Positions 29,891 to 39,911 are shown, counted from the stretch's first letter. The stretch: 64,000 nt of DNA from Candidatus Levyibacteriota bacterium (GCA_009695045.1 SIBS01000003.1:10561-74560), one strand, 5' to 3'. Numbers and translations: made by a program. Notes: generated by a model from the sequence alone, not told the origin.

Positions 29891-30075
29891 TTCTCAAATT
29901 CTCTTACTGCCTGTCGATATTTACAAAAATCACAATCTTCACCGCTATCAGGAAGTTTGTCTGATTTTAAACATTCTATTGCATCAAATACTACTCCCTC
30001 AACCAAGGAATCATCACCAGTATAGGGAATAATCTTAATATCAAATTCCAGTTTTGCGTCAAAGGTTTTTTGTCT
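29887..30075 (-). pseudogene. C-terminal remnant of a PD-(D/E)XK / Cas4-like nuclease
   Basis: ...FDAKLEFDIKIIPYTGDDSLVEG...CLKSDKLPDSGEDCDFCKYRQ..* with no start; ATGA overlap with the next gene. Confidence 0.55.
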
Positions 30076-30079
30076 AATT

Positions 30080-30376
30080 CTAACTATGCTTTTTAGAATA
30101 AGCAGCTAAAAAGAATAGTATTGCCCCAATAAAATCAATGGGAACCCAGCTTTGTTTATTAGGATATATAGGATAAAGTGAATTAAAGAGAAATGCCACT
30201 GCTCCAAAGATAATCATCCATGAGGTGAGATTTGATTTATAAAATCCCCATGCAACCGTTATAGAAGTTAAAAATATTACTATTCGTAATAGCTGATAAA
30301 ATCCATAAGGCCAACCAGAGGGGATTGATATTAAAAGCATCCCTCCTGAAATAATGCAGATCCATTTTAAATTCAT
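30080..30376 (-). CDS. small membrane protein (DUF6804-like)
   Basis: WPYGFYQLLRIV...LFNSLYPIY...W..ID pattern. Confidence 0.65.
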   Translation of the reverse strand: MNLKWICIISGGMLLISIPSGWPYGFYQLLRIVIFLTSITVAWGFYKSNLTSWMIIFGAVAFLFNSLYPIYPNKQSWVPIDFIGAILFFLAAYSKKHS

Positions 30377-30381
30377 AGGAT

Positions 30382-30701
30382 TTAATTGTTCTTATCTATG
30401 CAGATATCAACCATTTCTTTCTGGTCTTGAAGCTCACCATCCGATACCCCATATGAAACTAACTCCTGATACTGTATCTCTTCTGAACTTCATTATAAAA
30501 ACATTCACAGTAATTTTTATTGCCTCCCGCATCAACACATGTGCTAAGAAAATCAGTTTTTGCTTCCTCATTGTAATCGGCTTCCTGAATGGCGGACTAA
30601 ATGTCTCCTACAAAAACCAAAATAAATAAAACGGAAAGGAGAATAATCAAAACGTAATTGCGCTTGATATCAAACTTGGAGGAATTCTCTTTGTTGTGCA
30701 T
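30382..30701 (-). pseudogene. small Cys-containing exported protein, disrupted
   Basis: MHNKE...TM...GDI*SAIQEADYNEEAKTDFLSTCVDAGGNKNYCECFY..., then a frameshift into QELVSYG...DICIDKNN*. Confidence 0.5.
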
Positions 30702-30805
30702 CAAGAAATAAAAATTTTAAAAATTCTATCAATCAATCGTTTCTGAATCGAGATTAAATACTATATTAAATAACATAATTCATATATAATGTATGATTCA
30801 ATGCT

Positions 30806-33004
30806 ATGTATTCAGGAAAAGATAAACCTACCATTGCCATATTGAGCACATATCCTCCACGAGAATGTGGAATTGCTACCTTTACGCAAGATTTACTTCA
30901 ATCTAGTCAAAAATTTTTAGGAACAAGTATTAATTGTAAAGTTGCAGCAATAAATATTTCGCCATTAGAAACATATAAATATCCCTATGAAGTTGCATGG
31001 GAAATTGATCAAGATAATAAAAATGACTATCTTGATCTTGCAAAAATATTCAATGCCGATGAACAAATAACAGGAATAATAATTCAACATGAATATGGAA
31101 TCTTTGGAGGACCAGAGGGAGAAAATCTACTTTATTTTATGAAGAATTGCAAAAAACCAATTCTCGTTACACTTCACACTACTCTACCAGAACCAAATCT
31201 CAAAATGAAATCCGTAACAACTGAAATTATAAGTCTCGCATCCACAATAGTTGTTTTAACAAATAAATCAAAAGATATTATAGAAAATCTTTATCCAGAT
31301 TCTCATAAAAAAATGTTTGTTATTCCTCATGGCATTCATCCAGTTATATTTTCTGATGCAAAAAGATGCAAAATAAAATTAGAGCTAGAAAATCATATCG
31401 TTCTAACAACTTTTGGATTATTAAGTCGAGGCAAAGGAATAGAATATGCACTACGTGCGTTACCTAGTGTTGTGAAAAAATATCCAACAATTTTATATCT
31501 TATTTTAGGAGAAACTCATCCAGTAATTAGACGACATGAAGGAGAAAAATATCGCATAGAGCTTGTAAAATTAATTAATAAATTAAAATTAGAAAATCAT
31601 GTAAAATTTTATAATCAATATTTTTCTCTTGCCGATTTATTAGAATTTTTAAAGGCAACTGATATTTATATTGCAACATCTATTAATCCAAATCAAACTG
31701 TAAGCGGAACACTTTCCTATGCTTTAGGATCTGGACTTGCTGTAATAAGTACTAAATTTGCCCAAGCTAAAGAGATTATCACGCATGATATTGGAAGACT
31801 TGTGCCCATAAAAAACTCTCCCGCTTTTTCAGATGCGATATTAGACCTACTAAGCGATAAGTATAGATTGGAGCAAATGCGTCTTAATTCATACAAAATG
31901 ACTCGAGAAATGTTATGGAGTAATGTCGCAGAGCGATATGCAAAACTTTTAACAAGGGTTATTATTCCAGATATTAAACTTGATCACCTTTATAAAATGA
32001 CTGATGATTTTGGGTTATTTCAATTTGCATCATTTGATATTCCGAATAAAAATTATGGATATACTCTTGATGATAATTCAAGAGCCATTATTGTTTGTAG
32101 TTGGTTATTAAAGCAAAAATATACCAAGAGATTAGATTTATTATTAAGACTATATCTAAAATTTATTAAAAAATGTCAACTGACTGATGGATCTTTTGTA
32201 AACTATATTGAGTTTAATTATAAAAATCCCACATTGCAAAATAATATTGAAGATTTAGAAGATACACAGGCGCGAACATTATGGGCATTAAGTGAAATTA
32301 TCAGCAATAATATACTTGATGAAAATATTCGAAATGAAGCAAAAAAAATATTTCTACTGAATATAAAACAAGAAAAAAGATTTACTCACTTACGTGCAAT
32401 GGCTTTTGCCATAAAGTCATTTGCACTTGTATCTAATATTTTTCCAGAAGAATACAATCTTCTCTTTACGAGGATTAAAGAATATGGTGACTATCTACTT
32501 ATTGCTTTAAAAAATAATTCTATAAAATCATGGATATGGCTCGAAGATGGATTGAAGTATAATAATGCATTATTATCAGAAAGTTTAATTATTGCTGGTG
32601 ACATAACCAAAAATAGTAACTATACTAATAAAGGATTGATATCTCTTAAATTTTTAATTAGTAAGACTTTTTCAAAAACATACATACCTATCGGTCATTC
32701 TAAATGGTATAAAAATAAACAAAAAAGAAGTAACTATGATCAGCAACCAGAAGATCCAGCATCGATGATTTTAACACTTTCAAGAGCTTATAAAATTACA
32801 GGAGATGATAAATATAAAAAATTAGCAAATAAATGCTTTGGTTGGTTTTTAGGGATTAATAGTGTAAATAAATCTCTATATAATTATAAGTCTGGTGGTT
32901 GCTATGATGGGCTTCATTTTGACAGAGTTAATTTAAATCAAGGAGCAGAATCTCTTATCTCATATCTTATGTCAAATATTATAATTACAGAAATAAATAA
33001 ATGA
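30806..33004 (+). CDS. GT4 glycosyltransferase fused to an (alpha/alpha)-toroid domain
   Basis: STYPPRECGIATFT, QHEYGIFG, FGLLSRGKGIE, SGTLSYALG; C-domain GYTLDDNSRA, DQQPED, GGCYDGL, NQGAES. Confidence 0.85.
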   Translation: MYSGKDKPTIAILSTYPPRECGIATFTQDLLQSSQKFLGTSINCKVAAINISPLETYKYPYEVAWEIDQDNKNDYLDLAKIFNADEQITGIIIQHEYGIFGGPEGENLLYFMKNCKKPILVTLHTTLPEPNLKMKSVTTEIISLASTIVVLTNKSKDIIENLYPDSHKKMFVIPHGIHPVIFSDAKRCKIKLELENHIVLTTFGLLSRGKGIEYALRALPSVVKKYPTILYLILGETHPVIRRHEGEKYRIELVKLINKLKLENHVKFYNQYFSLADLLEFLKATDIYIATSINPNQTVSGTLSYALGSGLAVISTKFAQAKEIITHDIGRLVPIKNSPAFSDAILDLLSDKYRLEQMRLNSYKMTREMLWSNVAERYAKLLTRVIIPDIKLDHLYKMTDDFGLFQFASFDIPNKNYGYTLDDNSRAIIVCSWLLKQKYTKRLDLLLRLYLKFIKKCQLTDGSFVNYIEFNYKNPTLQNNIEDLEDTQARTLWALSEIISNNILDENIRNEAKKIFLLNIKQEKRFTHLRAMAFAIKSFALVSNIFPEEYNLLFTRIKEYGDYLLIALKNNSIKSWIWLEDGLKYNNALLSESLIIAGDITKNSNYTNKGLISLKFLISKTFSKTYIPIGHSKWYKNKQKRSNYDQQPEDPASMILTLSRAYKITGDDKYKKLANKCFGWFLGINSVNKSLYNYKSGGCYDGLHFDRVNLNQGAESLISYLMSNIIITEINK

Positions 33005-33945
33005 AAATTAAAAAAATTAGAGATATTTTTCCAAATATTAATGTTGCTCGTTTTAATATGGCTGTTTGGCAAAAATCTGGAGAAGATTTATTATGTCTAA
33101 TTGGGAGAGAGGTTGCAGCTCCTGGAAAAATAGGTGAGCCAGATTCTGGAAAATTAAAACTTTTTGAATTAGATGAAAATAGTGAAATAATTAAAGAAAA
33201 AATTATCTGGAATCCCATAGAGGGAATAAGCCTAGAAGATCCTCGAGCACTTGAGTTACCTGATGAAAATCTAATTATTGGATTAACAGCTGTGCTTCGT
33301 GACGAAAATGGTCATAATATTCCTTATCCTGCAATTGTAAAAATAGAATCTTTTAACTCATGGAGGGATGAGCTTCCACCATTCTTAATTATTGATACTT
33401 TTGGTCCAGGAAAAAACCTAACCCCAATTAAAAAAGATATTTATATTTTTAGACCTGAGTCTTCTGATTATTTCCATAAACTTCTCATTTTTTCACTAAA
33501 ATCCCAAACACCAGAGAAATTAGATGATATACAATTTCCAACAGACTTACCCTGGGCAAGCTGGAGAATTGGAACAACGATGCCACCAATTTGGTTAAAT
33601 TCAAATGAAGCACTTTTCATCGTGCATGGAATTAGTATAAAAAATATTGATGGCAAGGAAAAATATATTTACAATATTGGACGTGGTAAATTAATTCGTG
33701 AAAAAAATAAATTTACAGCTATAATTGGAAAAGATCCAATCCTTACCCCTGATGATTTTCTAGATATTAATGGACTACCACTCACTGAAGAATTACATCC
33801 AGAAAGTAGACGGGTTATTTATTCCTGTGGAGGAGTGATCAAGAAAAATTCACAAGATATATTATCTCTATATGTTAATGTTGGAGATAAAAAAACTTTT
33901 GAAGTAGAATTATCTTTAAATGAATTAAAAAAAGACCTATTTTAG
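33001..33945 (+). CDS. GH130-like beta-propeller glycosidase/phosphorylase
   Basis: RFN, LEDPRA, GKN, WASWRIGTTMPPI, VHG, VIYSCG; coupled to the GT4 gene. Confidence 0.7.
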   Translation: MKIKKIRDIFPNINVARFNMAVWQKSGEDLLCLIGREVAAPGKIGEPDSGKLKLFELDENSEIIKEKIIWNPIEGISLEDPRALELPDENLIIGLTAVLRDENGHNIPYPAIVKIESFNSWRDELPPFLIIDTFGPGKNLTPIKKDIYIFRPESSDYFHKLLIFSLKSQTPEKLDDIQFPTDLPWASWRIGTTMPPIWLNSNEALFIVHGISIKNIDGKEKYIYNIGRGKLIREKNKFTAIIGKDPILTPDDFLDINGLPLTEELHPESRRVIYSCGGVIKKNSQDILSLYVNVGDKKTFEVELSLNELKKDLF

Positions 33946-34012
33946 TAAAAAATTATTTGTCAGATTAATGTCAAGTAAATAAATTTCCATAGGAGATAAT
34001 TAATATTATCTT

Positions 34013-34204
34013 ATGAGTTTTGCAGAAATCAAAAGAATAAGTGGAATCTTACAAAAAAAAGATTATGTACCCCCAATCAAATCAATCTTGTGGAATCCAT
34101 CTTCAATATATAAAAATTTTAACTTATCTAATCCATTCTCTATAAAAGGTAGTATGCAAAAAGAAAAACCCAATATTCTTTTGGGGAAACCTAGAACATC
34201 ATAA
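34013..34204 (+). CDS. small hypothetical protein
   Basis: 63-aa ORF in an intergenic gap; no motif recognised. Confidence 0.3.
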   Translation: MSFAEIKRISGILQKKDYVPPIKSILWNPSSIYKNFNLSNPFSIKGSMQKEKPNILLGKPRTS

Positions 34205-34282
34205 TCTTCATTATTATTTTAAAATATAAATCTTTAACCACTCCAACATTAAATTAATTAGATATGAGATAATAAGACAAAT

Positions 34283-34370
34283 GGAGGGATCGCATAGTGG
34301 CCTAGTGCAGCGGTTTACTAAACCGCCGTGTCGCAAGATACCGTGGGTTCAAATCCCACTCCCTCCGCCA
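34283..34370 (+). tRNA. tRNA-Ser with anticodon ACT
   Basis: GGAGGGA/TCCCTCC acceptor stem, G73, CCA, long variable arm; GCGGT-TTACTAA-ACCGC anticodon arm, ACT at 34317-34319. Confidence 0.9.
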
Positions 34371-34491
34371 AAATTCGGAATCAGGAATGAAGAAAAAATT
34401 ATTTTTAAAATCGCACAGCAACATTTAATCATAGGTACGATAGCGTTAATCAATCTTTTTAAAAAATTTAGGAATCTAATTTATAATAAGT

Positions 34492-34690
34492 ATGGCAATT
34501 AAGATAAATTCAGAAAATAACATAGAAAGCACCAAATCAAGCTAGTTTATTCTAAATAGAATTTGCCTAAAGATAAGAGATCAAATATATTACTCTCACA
34601 AAAATTAAAAACAATAATATATAAAACTTGCCCACCCGTAATGGATAAGGTAGCAAAAGCACTTGACGTTAAAATATCAAGGCTTTAATA
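34492..34690 (+). pseudogene. degraded XRE-family HTH regulator
   Basis: Fragments IKYITLTKIK and VMDKVAKALDVKI separated by stops/frameshifts; TATAAT at 34482 just before ATG 34492. Confidence 0.55.
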
Positions 34691-34815
34691 AAATTATAGC
34701 GATTTGAAAACAAAACCTTTTTATAAAATAGAATCTAATTTTTGTTCTATTGCGTCTGACTATTTTGAGCATAAAATATATCCTTTTTATTATATCGAGT
34801 ACAAAACCCCTGTTA

Positions 34816-35598
34816 TTAATCTTTTATTCCTAATTGTCTTTTTAAAGTTTCAAAAATAATCTCTTTCCTTAAAACATCCCTGATTGATTCTCTTTCAAAA
34901 TCAATGAAAAGAGCATTTTTTTCTTTTCTAGTTTTATTTCGCCAAACATACCATCGTGATTCTTTTAATTCCTTAAATTTATTTTCTATTCTTATAAGTG
35001 CGTTTTCAATATCTTGAATACTTGTTGTAATATCATCACTTGCTGATAATTCTCTTATTTCCAATAATCCCCTTTCCTCTATTGCCTTAAGGGCAATGAG
35101 ATTTTTTTCTGAGTATGCATTATTTATTTGCTTCATTATGTTTTCACGTTTTTTTCTATCTTCATCATTTTTACTTAAATCAGGATGAAAAAGCCAAGCA
35201 AGTTTTTTCCATAATTTCCTTGTTATATTTTCAATATCTTTTTCAGCTTGATTCATATCTTCAATATCTAAATAGCTATCATTATCGTGTTTAATATTTT
35301 TATCTTGAAATAATTCTTCATCTTTTGTTACTTCAATATATGCATTCTCAAGAGATAATCCTTTTTTTATAAGCTCCTTAATCTTTCTATATCTATTTAT
35401 TTCATTATCTAAAATTCTTTCTTTTCGAATTAAAGATCCTATTCTTCTTTCATACTCATCTTGCATATCTGTAAGCTGAGAATTCAAATTATCTAATTTC
35501 TTCATTAATAAGCCTAAGAAAATTTGCTTTTTTACAAGCAATAACTGAAGATTTTCAAAATTTTTTCCTGAATTAATTACTGTTAATTGTGTTTTCAT
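34816..35598 (-). CDS. coiled-coil protein with an internal J domain
   Basis: LWKKLAWLFHPDL...MKQINNAY (HPD motif). Confidence 0.75.
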   Translation of the reverse strand: MKTQLTVINSGKNFENLQLLLVKKQIFLGLLMKKLDNLNSQLTDMQDEYERRIGSLIRKERILDNEINRYRKIKELIKKGLSLENAYIEVTKDEELFQDKNIKHDNDSYLDIEDMNQAEKDIENITRKLWKKLAWLFHPDLSKNDEDRKKRENIMKQINNAYSEKNLIALKAIEERGLLEIRELSASDDITTSIQDIENALIRIENKFKELKESRWYVWRNKTRKEKNALFIDFERESIRDVLRKEIIFETLKRQLGIKD

Positions 35599-35640
35599 AA
35601 TACTATATATTAACATATTTTTAGTGTTATAATTTACTTT

Positions 35641-36456
35641 ATGAAAGAAATCAAACAAACAAAAAAATATATTATCCCCCCTCTTGGATTTGGAACATGG
35701 AAATTAAATGGAAATATATGTAAAGAATCCGTAGAAAGAGCTATAAAATATGGCTATAGACATATAGACACAGCTGATGTATATGAAAATCATAAAGAAG
35801 TTGGTGCTGCGATAAGAAAAAGTGAGATTAAAAGAAAAGATATTTTTCTTACAACAAAAGTATGGAGAGACGATCTTTCAAAAAAAAATGTTATTAATTC
35901 AGGTAAAAGATTCATAGAAGAACTTCAAACAAATTATATTGACCTACTACTAATTCACTGGCCTAATGACTCAATACAGATTGAAGATACACTCGATGGA
36001 TTCATGCAATTAAAAGCAGATGGTATTATAAATTTTATTGGAGTATCAAACTTTACAATAAATCACTTAAAAAAAGTTATTGAAACAAAAATTCCAATTA
36101 CTACAAATCAGGTAGAATTTCATCCATCACTTTATCAAAAAAAACTTTTAGATTTTTGCAGTAAGAATAATATTATTCTTACTGCATACTGCCCAATTGC
36201 GCAAGGAGAAGATTTATTAATTCCAGAAGTGCAAAACATTGCAAAAAAATATAATAAGCTTCCTTCTCAAATTATATTGAATTGGATAATTAATAAAGGG
36301 ATTATTGCCATTCCTCGATCATCTAATCCTCATCATATAAAAGAAAATTTAGAGTCACTAGAATTGAATTTATCACCAAAAGATTTTGATATTATCGACA
36401 ATATTGGTGGCAATAATAGGATTGTTAATCCACCTTTTTCAGAATTTAACTATTAG
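35641..36456 (+). CDS. aldo/keto reductase
   Basis: LGFGTW, GYRHIDTADVYEN, LTTK, LLIHWP, GVSNF, NQVEFHP, IPRSSNPHHIKEN. Confidence 0.93.
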   Translation: MKEIKQTKKYIIPPLGFGTWKLNGNICKESVERAIKYGYRHIDTADVYENHKEVGAAIRKSEIKRKDIFLTTKVWRDDLSKKNVINSGKRFIEELQTNYIDLLLIHWPNDSIQIEDTLDGFMQLKADGIINFIGVSNFTINHLKKVIETKIPITTNQVEFHPSLYQKKLLDFCSKNNIILTAYCPIAQGEDLLIPEVQNIAKKYNKLPSQIILNWIINKGIIAIPRSSNPHHIKENLESLELNLSPKDFDIIDNIGGNNRIVNPPFSEFNY

Positions 36457-38007
36457 TTAAATAGGATTAGTAAGTAAAATAACCCTATTTAGACGATATA
36501 TGAATAATAATTCAACTTGTGAAAATATCTCCTTACAATTATTTTGAAACTTATCAAAGTCTTGAGGTTTTTTTTCTTGATAATGAGCATTAAAAATAAT
36601 TACACCTTTTGGATTCAACAGTGAAGCAACATCAAGCAAATAATTTTTATTTCTAGCTTCTTGTGGATTAAGTGGGCCAATAAATAAATCTACTATTATA
36701 AGATCGTACTTTTTAATCAATTTTTTATGCTTATTTACCCAAGAAATTGCATCTTCAATATCTATCGGATGAGATTTTATATCTAATTCAAAATGCTCTT
36801 TTGCAATAGTAATCATTACTGGATCAATCTCCACACCTCTAATAATTGAATCAGGATAATATTTTAAAATTGCTCGAATTACATCTCCTCCACAAACACC
36901 TAATACCAAGCAATTTGAAAAACTAGTATGAATTTTTTTTAATTTTCTTATAACCGTTGTCCACATGAAGACAAATTCACCACCACTTTGTGGACCATCA
37001 GAAAATATAGTCTTCTTTCCTAAGAATTTTTTTACTTCAATTTTATTATTAATTTCTGATAGATATATTATTTTTGGTGCTGGAGTAAATAATGTACCAA
37101 TAATATTAATGAATTTAGAAAAAAATCCATAACATTTTATTTGAGGCAATGGGAATAAAATTTCTCTACCATGGAATCTTTTTTTAAATTCTGTATAATT
37201 TTTCCACTTCTTATTCATTGTAGGATATCTTGGATCAAATATAGATTCGAAGTCTAAAATTTTTTTCTTAAGCTTTTTTCCCAAACGTATACCTTCCCAA
37301 ACCAATAAATAATTAGCAAGAGTTTCATATCCCCTCTTCGTAATACCCGTTTGTAGATAAGATAAGACACCGTCATAATACGCATACCAAACTACAGCTA
37401 TTGGAGGACCGTTTTTACTTTCTCTAGCAAAAAGTAAAAAAGAATGCTTACTAAAAGCAACCATTTTTTTATAAAATTCCTCGTAATTTGGTATGTAAAA
37501 TTTCTTCATATCAGATAAGTTTTTGAGAAGTTTAAAAAATACTTCAAACGACTTATTATCTTTTTTTGAATTTAAAAATACTGATGATATTATTAAATTT
37601 TTATCTTTTGCTTTTTTAATATTTCTTTTTGCATTTTCTGAAAAAGTAGAAAAAATATTTTTCTCAGATAAAGTAATGTCTATTTTTAGTGTTGCGCTAT
37701 GAGCAAATAAAAAATTAGATAATCTATATCCATACTTAATATAATTAACTTCATTATATTTATATGGATGTGGTTCTATTATTACAAATATTGCATTATA
37801 TTTTTTTGCTATTAAATCAATTTTTTTAAATGGGACTGGACCCAATGGGTGTTGTATTTTTATTACAGAAAAATTCATATAGGGTAATTTTCTAATAAAC
37901 ACATGCGTATTACCTATTCGTTCAACAATCCAACCTATTGACTGCATAAATTTTGCCCATTGGGGTGTTTGCCGAGCATCAATAAAGTTTTCCAGCTTCA
38001 ATTTCAT
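36457..38007 (-). CDS. FemABX-like peptidyltransferase fused to a spermidine synthase-like SAM-dependent domain
   Basis: N-part RQTPQWAKF, NAKRNIKKA, LLVWE, FKKRFHG; C-part LVLGVCGG, GVEIDP, EDA, YDLIIVDLF, LNPKGVIIFN. Confidence 0.75.
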   Translation of the reverse strand: MKLKLENFIDARQTPQWAKFMQSIGWIVERIGNTHVFIRKLPYMNFSVIKIQHPLGPVPFKKIDLIAKKYNAIFVIIEPHPYKYNEVNYIKYGYRLSNFLFAHSATLKIDITLSEKNIFSTFSENAKRNIKKAKDKNLIISSVFLNSKKDNKSFEVFFKLLKNLSDMKKFYIPNYEEFYKKMVAFSKHSFLLFARESKNGPPIAVVWYAYYDGVLSYLQTGITKRGYETLANYLLVWEGIRLGKKLKKKILDFESIFDPRYPTMNKKWKNYTEFKKRFHGREILFPLPQIKCYGFFSKFINIIGTLFTPAPKIIYLSEINNKIEVKKFLGKKTIFSDGPQSGGEFVFMWTTVIRKLKKIHTSFSNCLVLGVCGGDVIRAILKYYPDSIIRGVEIDPVMITIAKEHFELDIKSHPIDIEDAISWVNKHKKLIKKYDLIIVDLFIGPLNPQEARNKNYLLDVASLLNPKGVIIFNAHYQEKKPQDFDKFQNNCKEIFSQVELLFIYRLNRVILLTNPI

Positions 38008-38062
38008 ATCAATAATCGATTATAGCAAATAAGCTTGCCTTCACTTGATACAATATATGTCT

Positions 38063-39052
38063 ATGAAAACTTTTTGGGAAAAATTACAAGAGAAAACTGA
38101 GAAAGAAAAAAAACCATTCCTAGTGCAAGCACCAATGGAAAATGTTACCGATGTGGTATTTAGAGAAATGATAAATATATGCGGGAGGCCAGATGTTTTC
38201 TTTACTGAATTTACTAATACGGATGGACTATGCTCTAGGGGTAAAGATGGGGAAAGCCATCGTTTGCAATTTACAAAAAACCAACATCCAATTGTAGCTC
38301 AAATTTGGGGAAATAATCCGGAAAATTATTATCAATCTGCCATGATTCTTAAAAAACAAGGATTTGATGGAATCGACATAAATATGGGTTGTCCCGATAG
38401 AGATATTGTAAAAAAAGGTTCATGTGCAGGACTGATAAATAACAATTCATTAGTAAGAGAGATTTATCTTGCTACTAAAGAGGGTGCCGGAAATCTTCCC
38501 ATTAGTATAAAAACTAGATTGGGACTTAATAAAATAGAGACTGAGAAATGGATTGGATTTCTACTAGGGCTTGATTTAGCAGCACTAACTATACATGGAC
38601 GAATTGCAAAAGAAATGTCTAAATTTCCTGCCAACTGGGAAGAGATAGGAAAAGTAGTAAAAATACGAAATGAAATGGAAAAGAAAACAATAATAATTGG
38701 TAACGGAGATATACAAAATAAGGAAGAAGCTTTTGAAAAATATGAAAAATATCACGTAGACGGGATTATGATCGGAAGGGGGATATTTTCTAATTTATGG
38801 GTTTTTAACAGAGATAATGAGAATAAAATATATAATTCAAATGATAAATTAAATCTTCTAATAAAACATATTACTCTTTTTGAAAATACATGGAAAAATA
38901 AAAAGCCATTTGAAGTAATGAAAAAATTTTATAAAATATATATATCAGATTTTCCTAATGCGTCTGATTTTAGATTAAGTCTTATGGAGGCTAAAGATTC
39001 TGAGTCATCAATTGCTATGATCAAAAATAAAATTAATGAGAATATTATTTAA
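38063..39052 (+). CDS. dus: tRNA-dihydrouridine synthase
   Basis: QAPMENVTD, FTEF, IDINMGCP, SIKTRLG, IHGR, GNGDI, GIMIGRG. Confidence 0.93.
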   Translation: MKTFWEKLQEKTEKEKKPFLVQAPMENVTDVVFREMINICGRPDVFFTEFTNTDGLCSRGKDGESHRLQFTKNQHPIVAQIWGNNPENYYQSAMILKKQGFDGIDINMGCPDRDIVKKGSCAGLINNNSLVREIYLATKEGAGNLPISIKTRLGLNKIETEKWIGFLLGLDLAALTIHGRIAKEMSKFPANWEEIGKVVKIRNEMEKKTIIIGNGDIQNKEEAFEKYEKYHVDGIMIGRGIFSNLWVFNRDNENKIYNSNDKLNLLIKHITLFENTWKNKKPFEVMKKFYKIYISDFPNASDFRLSLMEAKDSESSIAMIKNKINENII

Positions 39053-39911
39053 TATATTTATGAACATCATCTGTGAATGATATTCTATTTTGAAAGAATT
39101 CAAATATTTCCTTAGACAAGGTAGCTATTCTTTCTGCTGCACCTACCGGACTCTCACTTTTAGTAAGTACAATAAAAATATAATCACCTTTTGGAGCAAA
39201 TACAATTCCAGCGTCATGCTTAAAATTATCAATCTCTCCTGTTTTGTGTCCTATAGAGATAGATTTTGGTAAAAATCTTGGTATCCTATCATTAATTTGC
39301 TGATCTTTAAGAAGTGCAATCATTTTATTTGAATATTTTTTATCAATAATTTGACCATTATAAAGTTTCTCAAAAAAGATTACTAAATCATAAGCAGTGG
39401 TTCGTGAATGATTATCAACAAAAGTCTCCTTAAGTCCTAGTTCTTGAATAAATTTTTTTAAATTTGAAATGCCAATTTTTTCTACCAACATAAGAGCTGA
39501 GTAATTATGCGAAATAGTAATCATCTGATGAAGTGCATCTGAAACAGTTAGTGTAATTACACCACTTGATAATCCGCCTAAGGACGGTGATTCTATTTCA
39601 AAAAAATTATTTAACAATGAGATATCCCAGCTAAGTATATCGTCTTCTTTTATTTTCCCTTCCTTAATCTGCTTATAAACAGCTCCCATCACCCATAATT
39701 TATAAAGACTTGCTGATTCAAATACCAAGTGCTCATTCTGCATGAATATATCATTTGATTTTAAATTTTTAATTACTATAGCATAATTACCTCGTGTTCC
39801 CTCTTGGGAATTTCTTACAACATCATCTAAACCTTTACGCGATACTAAATATCTAGAAGTAAAAACAAACATTATCATAATAAAAAACAATAACAATGTT
39901 GTCCTTTTCAT
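39045..39911 (-). CDS. class A beta-lactamase-like serine hydrolase
   Basis: SASLYK (SxxK), SHN (SxN), HKTG motifs; N-terminal signal/TM. Confidence 0.85.
   Translation of the reverse strand: MKRTTLLLFFIMIMFVFTSRYLVSRKGLDDVVRNSQEGTRGNYAIVIKNLKSNDIFMQNEHLVFESASLYKLWVMGAVYKQIKEGKIKEDDILSWDISLLNNFFEIESPSLGGLSSGVITLTVSDALHQMITISHNYSALMLVEKIGISNLKKFIQELGLKETFVDNHSRTTAYDLVIFFEKLYNGQIIDKKYSNKMIALLKDQQINDRIPRFLPKSISIGHKTGEIDNFKHDAGIVFAPKGDYIFIVLTKSESPVGAAERIATLSKEIFEFFQNRISFTDDVHKYIK

Noticed and set aside
29159-30600. TAG readthrough or recoding suggested by in-frame TAGs at 29159 and about 30597
   Set aside because: Intact genes such as yebC, zwf and dnaX end in TAG and RF1 is present; both cases lie in a decaying region
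34281-34502. 73-aa plus-strand ORF
   Set aside because: Reads through tRNA-Ser; spurious
39045-39911. Antibiotic-resistance beta-lactamase
   Set aside because: SxxK/SxN/KTG present but the omega-loop Glu166 region appears absent; more likely a cell-wall serine hydrolase
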